Source: Bryobacteraceae bacterium
GTDB lineage: Bacteria > Acidobacteriota > Terriglobia > Bryobacterales > Bryobacteraceae
Length of the DNA: 15,645 bases
Assembly: GCA_035545735.1 (NCBI GenBank)
Contig: DASZXS010000087.1
Location: 1 to 15,645, forward strand
Direction: 5' to 3'
The notes beneath the pieces were generated by a model that was not told the DNA's origin, did no database searches, and saw only the letters and a program-made list of their open reading frames with translations. The position numbers and the translations under genes are program-made. Within the stretch, counting starts at the first letter, position 1; the number at the start of each line of letters is the position of its first letter. This document shows positions 6,822-13,624 of this stretch, piece after piece.

Positions 6822-9800
6822 ATGAAATTTGAGGCAAGGAGTTTCAGCTTCATACGGCGCATCGATCCAGCGCCAATTGCTTTAGGCCTGGCCATTTGCG
6901 CCGTCTTTATCGCCGCGAGTGGCCGTTTGAAAGCGCAATCGCTTACGACCGGCGGGGTTTCCGGCACCGTGTCCGATCCGTCGGGAGCGGTCCTCCCCAA
7001 CGCGTCGGTCACGTTGCAGAACCTGGCCGACCGGTCGAAGAAAACCACCTCGACTAATGAGACGGGCACGTTCCAGTTCACCCTTCTAAAGCCCGGCAAG
7101 TATTCACTGACCATGTCCGCGCCGGGGTTTGAGAATCTCACCCGGTTTTTGGATATTGTGCTCGGGCAGACGGTGACCGCTCATCTCACCATGGAAATTG
7201 GGAAGTCCACGGACAGAATTGAGATCACGGATGAGGTTCCGTTGATTAGTTCCGATCCAAGTTTGAATACGACATTTACGCAGGCTCAGCTACAACAGTT
7301 GCCGAACGCGGGCGGAGACATTACCAATATCGCTTTCGGTGCTCCGGGCGTCGTCGTGACCACCGGCGGAGGGTACGGAAATTTCAGCGCCAACGGTCTT
7401 CCCGCCACTTCGAATCTGTTCACCGTGAACGGTGAGAACGACATGGACCCGTACTTCAACATCAACAACTCGGGCGCTACGAATCTTACGATCGGCTCGA
7501 ACGAATTGCAAGAGGCGAGCGTGATCACCAATCCGTACGGCGGTCAATTTGGCCAGCTCTCGGGCGCGCAGATTAACTACGTCACTAAATCCGGCAGCAA
7601 CCAGTTTCACGGGAATGCGGTCTATCTTTGGAATGGCCGCGCTCTGAATGCGAACGATTGGTTCAGCAATGCGACGGGAACGCCGCGGCCGTTTTCGAAC
7701 GCCAACCAGTGGGCGGCGAGCTTGGGCGGCCCGATCATCAAAGACAAAACCTTCTTCTTCGTGGATAACGAAGGCATGCGCTTTGTCCTTCCGGTGGTGT
7801 CTTCGGTAACGATTCCCACACCCGCCTTCGCCAACGCCGTGCAATCGAACATTCAGGCGCTCCATCCGGAAGAGGCTCAGTCCTATCAGCAAATGTTCAA
7901 GCTATGGGGTGGTGTTCCGGGGGCTTCCAACGCGCAGATCCTGCCCAACAGCAGCGCGTGTGATTCCCTGGTTCTTCCGGGATTTGATCCCTCCACCCAG
8001 TCCTGCGCGGCGCGGCTCAATGTCAATGCGAACGCTCTGGCGCAGGAATACATTGTGGCATTCCGCGTGGACCAGCACATTGGAAACGATGACAATTTGT
8101 ATTTCCGCTATAAGCTGGACCACGGAGATCAGCCGTCCCTCGTGGATCCGATTACTCCGGCCTTCAACGCCATATCTCCGCAGCCGTCGTGGGACGCGCA
8201 AATCAACGAGACTCACACCTTTTCGCCCTCCCTGGTGAATTCGTTCATGGCGACTCTCAGCCACTACGTCGCGCAGTTCTCGCAGGATCAGGCGGCGGCC
8301 AGCGCAGCGCTGCCCTTTTCGACCATCAATTCCGGCACCGTGCCCTTCACCAGCCTGAACTACATGTTTGAGTTTCCGCAAGGGCGCAATATAACGCAGT
8401 ATCAATTCATCGACGACCTGAGCTTCCTTCATGGGAACCACAGCGTGAAATTCGGGCTGAATTTTCGCCGGTACGACGTGAGCGATCACACCTTCTTCTT
8501 TAATTCACCGGCCATCTATTTCGGGTACACGGATGACGGGCTGCAGAAATTCGCCGATGGTATCGCCTACCAATACAGGCAGTCGTTGAATCAAGCGAGC
8601 GACGTGCCAATCGCCATGCTCGGCATCGGCGGGTACATATCGGACGAGTGGGCGGTACGGCCTAACCTGAAACTGACCTTGGCATTGCGCGTGGAACATA
8701 ATGGCAATCCGACGTGCAACATTAACTGCCTTGCCAATTTTCGCGCACCGTTCGCCAGTCTTCCGAGCGCCACCAACGCAGATCCGGCCAGCGTTCCTTA
8801 CAGCCAGGATATTATCGCCGGCGTCAACCGCGCCTTCCTTGGAGTGGACGCGGTGAACTGGTCGCCGCGGATTGGTTTTTCCTGGTCCCCGTTCGGCATT
8901 AACGGCAAGACTGTCGTGAGTGGCGGATTTGGTCTGTTCTACGATGGACCCCCCGCCGGCTTGGTAGACGACCTGCTTTCCAACCCGCCCGTCTCGGTGG
9001 CATTGCGAGTGCGTCCCGCGGACGGCACGCTTCCGTTTAATCAAGGGCCCTCGGGCGGTCCCGCAACGTGGGCGGCATCGGCGGCGGCGTTCTCCCTCGA
9101 CAAGTCCTACGCCCAACTTCGGTCAGAACTCGCTGCGCTGGGTTCCGTTTTCGCCGCTCCCGGATTCACGGCCTTGAACGGCCAGTTCCATTCCCTGCAG
9201 GTACAGCAGTGGAATCTACGTATTCAACGGCAGCTATCGAACAACCTTCTGTTCTCGGTAAACTACGCCGGCAACCATAGCATCCATGTCCCCTACTCCT
9301 CGACATGGCCCAACGCGTACGACCTCTACGAAATTTACCCCGGTGTTCCCGGCATTGCGGCCAATCCGCTGGTGGGAAATTATGGCACGGTCACCAGCAT
9401 TCAGACCGGCGCGGTCTCCAACTACAATGGCCTCAGCGCGATCGTCACGAAGCGATTTTCCAACTGGGTTTCGGGCCATGCCTCGTATACGTGGTCGCAT
9501 GCCTTGGATGAGACGTCCAATGGGGGAGTATTCGCGTTTAACGACGCATCCATTAGCGGGCAACTCAACCCGCTCAGCTTGCGGTCGAGCAATTACGGCA
9601 ACGCCGACTACGATATCCGGCACAGCTTTGCGGCTGACTTCATCCTCACGCCCTCTTTCCACCTGGGCAACCGTCTTGCGAATGCTGTAGCGAACGGCTG
9701 GACGCTTGGCGGGAAAATCTTCTGGCATAGTGGCCTTCCGTTCTCCATTACCGACGGCAACACCGCGCTCGGTAACTACGGCGGATCCTTCCTCGCAATC

Positions 9801-10208
9801 CCGATTGCCGGGGGCGGCCAGCCGGGGAGTTGCAGCGGCGCCAACAACTACGTCTCCGGTACGCCCTGCTTGAACGCCGGCGCCTTCTTCGATGGCGCTA
9901 CTGCATCGTCGTACCCCGGGATTTCATCGCAAACCAGGAACCAGTATCGAGCTCCGCGGTATTTCGATACCGACATCACATTCTTCCGCGACTTCCGGCT
10001 TGCCGAACGCTTTACCCTTAGCGCCGGCCTCCAGGCCTTCAACGTTTTCAATCATCCAAATTTCGGCTTCCCCGACTCAACCCTCGGCGATCCGACGTTT
10101 GGGCAAATTTCTTCCACCATCGGCCCACCGACGTCGCCGTATGGAAACGGCCTCGGATTCAATTCCTCGGGCCGCTGTGTCCAACTTTCCGCGAAGCTCG
10201 TTTTCTAA
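6822..10208 (+). CDS. TonB-dependent receptor-like outer-membrane protein with an N-terminal carboxypeptidase regulatory-like (CarbopepD_reg / Cna-B-like) domain
   Basis: Signal peptide ending ...ASGRLKAQS. The N-terminal beta-sandwich motif is GVSGTVSDPSGAVLPNASVTLQNLADRS...TNETGTFQFTLLKPGKYSLTMSAPGF. The long barrel region is Gly/Asn/aromatic rich. The C-terminal residue is Phe (…SAKLVF*), as in TonB-dependent receptors and OMPs. GGAG RBS 7 nt upstream of the ATG. Confidence 0.85.
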   Translation: MKFEARSFSFIRRIDPAPIALGLAICAVFIAASGRLKAQSLTTGGVSGTVSDPSGAVLPNASVTLQNLADRSKKTTSTNETGTFQFTLLKPGKYSLTMSAPGFENLTRFLDIVLGQTVTAHLTMEIGKSTDRIEITDEVPLISSDPSLNTTFTQAQLQQLPNAGGDITNIAFGAPGVVVTTGGGYGNFSANGLPATSNLFTVNGENDMDPYFNINNSGATNLTIGSNELQEASVITNPYGGQFGQLSGAQINYVTKSGSNQFHGNAVYLWNGRALNANDWFSNATGTPRPFSNANQWAASLGGPIIKDKTFFFVDNEGMRFVLPVVSSVTIPTPAFANAVQSNIQALHPEEAQSYQQMFKLWGGVPGASNAQILPNSSACDSLVLPGFDPSTQSCAARLNVNANALAQEYIVAFRVDQHIGNDDNLYFRYKLDHGDQPSLVDPITPAFNAISPQPSWDAQINETHTFSPSLVNSFMATLSHYVAQFSQDQAAASAALPFSTINSGTVPFTSLNYMFEFPQGRNITQYQFIDDLSFLHGNHSVKFGLNFRRYDVSDHTFFFNSPAIYFGYTDDGLQKFADGIAYQYRQSLNQASDVPIAMLGIGGYISDEWAVRPNLKLTLALRVEHNGNPTCNINCLANFRAPFASLPSATNADPASVPYSQDIIAGVNRAFLGVDAVNWSPRIGFSWSPFGINGKTVVSGGFGLFYDGPPAGLVDDLLSNPPVSVALRVRPADGTLPFNQGPSGGPATWAASAAAFSLDKSYAQLRSELAALGSVFAAPGFTALNGQFHSLQVQQWNLRIQRQLSNNLLFSVNYAGNHSIHVPYSSTWPNAYDLYEIYPGVPGIAANPLVGNYGTVTSIQTGAVSNYNGLSAIVTKRFSNWVSGHASYTWSHALDETSNGGVFAFNDASISGQLNPLSLRSSNYGNADYDIRHSFAADFILTPSFHLGNRLANAVANGWTLGGKIFWHSGLPFSITDGNTALGNYGGSFLAIPIAGGGQPGSCSGANNYVSGTPCLNAGAFFDGATASSYPGISSQTRNQYRAPRYFDTDITFFRDFRLAERFTLSAGLQAFNVFNHPNFGFPDSTLGDPTFGQISSTIGPPTSPYGNGLGFNSSGRCVQLSAKLVF

Positions 10209-10230
10209 GATCGAGGCCCCGGAAATTGTG

Positions 10231-10264
10231 AAAAAGGCGCCGGCATACACCGGCGCCTTTTTTT
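10231..10264. terminator. Bidirectional rho-independent terminator shared by the convergent genes 6822..10208 (+) and 10263..11393 (-)
   Basis: AAAAA-GGCGCCGG-cataca-CCGGCGCC-TTTTTTT. The stem is a perfect 8 bp with a 6-nt loop, an A-tract on one side and a T-tract on the other. It sits exactly between the two stop codons. Confidence 0.75.
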
Positions 10265-11393
10265 AGCTCGTGTCCTTGGCGGAAAAAGGATTCAGCAAGC
10301 TGGTCAACAGGCCGTCGAAGCCTCCGAGAAGAGAGATACGCTCTACCTTGCCGGTAAGCTTTTCGAGCGTCTCCAGCTCCTTCATCCGAATCAGGAGCGG
10401 GTTTTCTTCCATCAACTTCGCGGTGTTCAGAAGCGACCGCGTCGCTGCGGTCTCCTCGCGCCGGCGAATCAGGTTAGCCTGCGCCTGCTTCTCGGCCGCT
10501 ACCACCTGGTTCATCATGTCCCGCATCTCGCCGGGTAGGATGACGTCCTTTAGCGCGGCGAATCCCACCTCGACGCCAATGTCCGCCATCTCCTTACGGA
10601 GCGCCTCCAGAAGCGCCGGGTCCAGATCCACCTTGTCCGCCAGAATCTCATCGAGCGTCCGCCGGCCGAGAGACTGGCGCACCGCCATTTGTAGAGCCCG
10701 GTAGAGATGCTCGGCATGATCCTTAACGGACTGCCGCGCCTTCACCGGGTCGGCGACGCGATACTGAGCCGAAATGTTTACGCGGATAGAAACCTTGTCC
10801 TTCGTCAACACCTCCTGGCCGCTAATTTCGAGTAGTCCCGTGCGCAGATCGATCAATTCAACCCGCGGCGGCGCCAACACGCTCCAGAAACCATAGACGC
10901 CCGGCCTTAACGATCGAATCAGCCGGTTGTCAAGAAACAACAAGCCGGCCTTACCTTCATCGACCGCGACAAAGAACGCCCCGGACTTCACGCCGAGCTT
11001 CATCAGCCCGGGGCGCTTTTCCGCCGGAACCTCCGGCGCGCCGATTACATCGATCCGCTCGAAGCTGATGTCCGCGAGTTCCTTCCAGAACAGCGCACGC
11101 TTGCCGGGCGTGATCACCTGAAGCACCCGGCCGTCCGCATAGACGATGGCTACTTCGGTGTCGCCGGTCTCCACAAGCGTGAAGTGCCGCTTCACCACTT
11201 CGGGATATTGATTTACCAGCACATCGTTCCAATCGGACTTCAGTTCGGTGTCCGCGAGCTTCCAGGTCTCGGCGGTGACGCCCCAGCCCAACACCCGGTG
11301 AATGCCGGGCTCCAAAATGCGCAGCGAGCGTCCGCGCCGTGCGATCAACACCCGCTCGTTCTCGGCAACGGTAATTGTCTTAAGCAGCGGCAT
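10263..11393 (-). CDS. SPFH / band-7 (stomatin-prohibitin-flotillin-HflK/C) domain protein, cytoplasmic, 376 aa. The start is reassigned to the ATG at 11393. The ORF-track extension to 11552 reads through an AT-rich promoter region.
   Basis: The SPFH core runs GAFFVAVDEGKAGLLFLDNRLIRSLRPGVYGFW...VELIDLRTGLLEISGQEVLTKDKVSIRVNISAQYRVADPVKA, followed by a coiled-coil-like tail AAEKQAQANLIRRREETAATRS. On the minus strand GAGGAGAAAAC-ATG gives GGAG 6-7 nt before the ATG at 11393. No N-terminal TM helix is present. Confidence 0.8.
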   Translation of the reverse strand: MPLLKTITVAENERVLIARRGRSLRILEPGIHRVLGWGVTAETWKLADTELKSDWNDVLVNQYPEVVKRHFTLVETGDTEVAIVYADGRVLQVITPGKRALFWKELADISFERIDVIGAPEVPAEKRPGLMKLGVKSGAFFVAVDEGKAGLLFLDNRLIRSLRPGVYGFWSVLAPPRVELIDLRTGLLEISGQEVLTKDKVSIRVNISAQYRVADPVKARQSVKDHAEHLYRALQMAVRQSLGRRTLDEILADKVDLDPALLEALRKEMADIGVEVGFAALKDVILPGEMRDMMNQVVAAEKQAQANLIRRREETAATRSLLNTAKLMEENPLLIRMKELETLEKLTGKVERISLLGGFDGLLTSLLNPFSAKDTS

Positions 11394-11413
11394 ATGTTTT
11401 CTCCTCAGATAAA

Positions 11414-11433
11414 TAAGTAAGTTAGTTAGTAAG
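11414..11433. repeat. Tetranucleotide tract TAAG-TAAG-TTAG-TTAG-TAAG, located 21-40 nt upstream of the SPFH start codon
   Basis: Five tandem TWAG units read directly from the sequence. They are embedded in the AT-rich putative promoter of the SPFH gene. Confidence 0.5.
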
Positions 11434-11627
11434 CCGGCAAAACGAATACGGCTCTCCGCCCGTGCATGGTCCAGGATTAGAGCGAGGTCTGTAATGCTTT
11501 CTGCTCCGCGCAGTTTCCATCCCGGCGCAGGATGTCCGGAAGGTGCGCTCAAGGAGAACCGAGCCTCCTTAAACGCCGAGTAGTATTCGATTCGCCGGAA
11601 GTGTGGTTTAGAGCCGCCAAACGGCCC

Positions 11628-11698
11628 CTAAGCGAGCGGGATTCGAACCCGCGTCAGATTGTCGGTCTGATGCTCTACCGTTGAGCTATGCTTCGAAG
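11628..11698 (-). tRNA. tRNA-like element, probably a degenerate tRNA or tRNA remnant. The D-arm, anticodon arm and T-arm are canonical. The anticodon loop CCGACAA would give anticodon GAC (Val-like), but position 33 is C, not U.
   Basis: The minus-strand sense reads CGAAGCA-TA-GCTC-AACGGTA-GAGC-A-TCAGA-CCGACAA-TCTGA-C-GCGGG-TTCGAAT-CCCGC-TCGCTTA. The D-loop has GG. The T-arm is the classic GGGTTCGAATCCC. The variable region is only 1 nt, the total length is about 68 nt, and I cannot pair the 5' and 3' acceptor strands. This suggests a pseudogene, remnant or unusual tRNA. Confidence 0.4.
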
Positions 11699-11719
11699 TT
11701 CGCGACGCATACCGGCATG

Positions 11720-11741
11720 CAGTACTTCAGAGAAGCTGCAC
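11720..11741. other. Bulged hairpin / palindrome GCAG-ta-CTTC-aga-GAAG-CTGC, located just 5' of the tRNA-like element in minus-strand sense
   Basis: 8-bp interrupted inverted repeat with a 3-nt loop and a 2-nt bulge, read directly from the sequence. Function unknown. Confidence 0.3.
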
Positions 11742-11852
11742 CAGTGAGGCATGGAGAACCCCAACTATTGGTATGTATTCGCATGATGAACTCCGAGTAT
11801 TGATTTTGCAGCAGGGCGCGCAAAGAGTCAAGATCAAAAAGATGAAAAAGCT

Positions 11853-13493
11853 TTAAACAAAGCGCCGGCGCATGGAGGATAGGGCCAATCCGGCGGCTAC
11901 TACGACAACGCAGCCAATGACGTTGTACCAAAGGAAGGACACCGAAGTGTAGAGAGCCGCCGCGAAGATGGCGGCCTCTCCGGCGAGCACCGCGGCGAAT
12001 GCAGCGGTCCCTCCGACGCTCTTGAAGAAGAAGGCCAGTACAAACACTCCCAGTAGTCCGCCGTAGAAAAGTGAGCCAACTAAATTCACGGCTTCAATCA
12101 ACGCCCCGAAATCTCTCCCAAAACTGGCGAATGCGACGGCGAAAGCGCCCCAAAACAGCGTGGCGAGCCGGGACGCCGTGACATAGTGCGTATCCGCGGC
12201 ATTCGGCTTGATATGCCGGCGGTAAATATCGATCACCGTCACGGTGGCGAGTGAATTAATCTCGCCGGAAGTAGACGACATTGCCGCCGAGAAGATGACA
12301 GCGACAATGAGACCAACCAGTCCGGCGGGCAGGTAATGGGTTACAAACGAAAGAAATATGAAGTTAGTATCGTTGCGGGCGCCGGCGAGTTTCAGGCCGT
12401 CCGCGCGTGCCGCTTCAAATTGTTTTTGCGTGTTGCGGTAATGATCGGCGCTTGCCGGTGTGCGCTCCGTGAGGTACTCTCGTGCGGCTTTTTCGCGGAC
12501 GGAAAAGGCTTCATCGTAGCGGCGCTCCACCTTGCCGAACTCGGGCGCGCGTTCGGCTTGCCGCAGTTCCACCGGGTGGAAAAGAATCGGCGGCTTTTGA
12601 AAATGGAAAAGGACAAATACCATCGCGCCGATGAACAGGATGAAGCATTGCATCGGGATCTTCGCCATGGCGTTGAAGAGCAGGCTCAAGCGGCTCTGCG
12701 CGATCGATTTTCCGGTAAGATAGCGCTGAACCTGGCTCTGGTCGCAACCGAAATAGGCGAGGGCGAGAAACGATCCGCCGATCAGGCCGCTCCACAGGTT
12801 GTAGCGGTCGCTCCAATCAAAGTTGAGATTCACCGCATTGAGGCGCCCGGCGGCTCCGGCGAGATGAACGGCATCGAAGAAGGAGATGTCGGGCGGAAGC
12901 AGGTGCACGGCCATGACGAGCGCGACCACCAGGGCAAAGAGGATCAACATCATCTGCTGCACATCCGCCCAGGTGACCGCCTTGATTCCGCCCATGGTTG
13001 TGTAGATCACCACGAGGCCGCCCATGATGACCGTGGTCAAGTGATCGGACCAGCCCAGGATCACGGAAAGGACGATGGCCGGCGCATAGAGTGAAAGTCC
13101 CGCCCCAAGCCCTCGCTGGATCAGGAAGATTGCACTCACCAGGGCGCGCGTTTTCGCATCGAAGCGCTGCTCCAGATACTCATACGCGGTGTAGACCTTC
13201 GCGCGGTGGAATAGAGGAACCACCGTTGCCGAAAGAATTACCATGGCGACGGGCAACCCGAAGTAGAACTGCACGAAGCGCATGCCATCAACGTAGGACT
13301 GCCCGGTGGTGGAGATGAAAGTAATGGCGCTGGCCTGTGTGGCCATGATCGAAAGGCCCATGGCGTACCAGGGCATGGTGCGTCCAGCCAGCATGTACTT
13401 GCTGGTGCTGTTGCTCCCCCGTCCCCGGTAGAGACCGTAGGAAACGATGAAGGCGAGCCACCCAAACATCACCACCCAATCGAGTGGCTTCAT
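11853..13493 (-). CDS. Sodium:solute symporter family (SSF/SLC5-like) transporter, 546 aa
   Basis: About 13 hydrophobic segments. The SSF-like N-terminus is LAGRTMPWYAMGLSIMATQASAITFISTTGQSY. The large cytoplasmic loop between TM helices (ELRQAERAPEFGKVERRYDEAF...) is typical of longer SSF members. GC3 is high. Confidence 0.88.
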   Translation of the reverse strand: MKPLDWVVMFGWLAFIVSYGLYRGRGSNSTSKYMLAGRTMPWYAMGLSIMATQASAITFISTTGQSYVDGMRFVQFYFGLPVAMVILSATVVPLFHRAKVYTAYEYLEQRFDAKTRALVSAIFLIQRGLGAGLSLYAPAIVLSVILGWSDHLTTVIMGGLVVIYTTMGGIKAVTWADVQQMMLILFALVVALVMAVHLLPPDISFFDAVHLAGAAGRLNAVNLNFDWSDRYNLWSGLIGGSFLALAYFGCDQSQVQRYLTGKSIAQSRLSLLFNAMAKIPMQCFILFIGAMVFVLFHFQKPPILFHPVELRQAERAPEFGKVERRYDEAFSVREKAAREYLTERTPASADHYRNTQKQFEAARADGLKLAGARNDTNFIFLSFVTHYLPAGLVGLIVAVIFSAAMSSTSGEINSLATVTVIDIYRRHIKPNAADTHYVTASRLATLFWGAFAVAFASFGRDFGALIEAVNLVGSLFYGGLLGVFVLAFFFKSVGGTAAFAAVLAGEAAIFAAALYTSVSFLWYNVIGCVVVVAAGLALSSMRRRFV

Positions 13494-13624
13494 GCGGCGA
13501 CGATGCGGGCAAAAGTGTAAAGGAGCGCAATCAGGACGGCGAGGTACAGGAGAACGGCCCGATAGACGCGCGGCCAGGTCTTGAGAAATGGCGGCGCTTC
13601 GTCGACCGTGCCCCGCTCCATCAT
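13490..13624 (-). CDS. Unlisted 44-aa micro-ORF encoding a single-pass membrane peptide, MMERGTVDEAPPFLKTWPRVYRAVLLYLAVLIALLYTFARIVAA. It is a candidate small subunit or partner of the downstream SSF symporter.
   Basis: The start ATG (13624-13622) overlaps the TGA stop of the upstream gene as ATGA. Its own TGA stop (13492-13490) overlaps the symporter ATG (13493-13491) as ATGA. The codons have high GC3, like genuine genes here. There is one hydrophobic helix. Small membrane proteins commonly pair with SSF transporters, for example YjcH/DUF485 with ActP, YhdT/DUF997 with PanF, and DUF4212 proteins. It is below the 60-aa cutoff of the ORF track. Confidence 0.5.
   Translation of the reverse strand: MMERGTVDEAPPFLKTWPRVYRAVLLYLAVLIALLYTFARIVAA

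Noticed and set aside
6655-6825. 56-aa upstream ORF (MVSSCNGFRRNGFPSRSY...) in the receptor leader, whose TGA overlaps the receptor ATG as ATGA
   Set aside because: Codon usage is strongly A/T-ending, unlike every credible gene here. The repeated NGF residues merely mirror the DNA tandem repeats. It is more likely non-coding leader, although a regulatory uORF cannot be fully excluded.
7290-9728. Series of minus-strand ORFs (7290..7892, 7902..8489, 8505..9116, 9234..9728) and + ORFs (7909..8238, 9286..9690), inside or out of frame with the TonB receptor gene
   Set aside because: All lie within a single continuous 1128-aa receptor frame that carries a signal peptide, a CarbopepD_reg-like domain and a C-terminal Phe. 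They are antisense or out-of-frame artefacts.
10270-10704. 144-aa + ORF antisense to the SPFH gene
   Set aside because: Its Ser/Arg-rich, low-complexity product mirrors the SPFH coding strand.
11394-11552. N-terminal 53-codon extension of the SPFH ORF given in the ORF track
   Set aside because: The extension translates an AT-rich promoter-like region with atypical codons. A strong GGAG SD sits 6-7 nt before the internal ATG at 11393, and the SPFH homology starts after that ATG.
12336-13094. 252-aa + ORF antisense to the symporter gene, and the overlapping minus ORFs 12392..12616 and 12511..12816
   Set aside because: The sense-strand product is a coherent 13-TM SSF transporter. The antisense product is charged and low-complexity.
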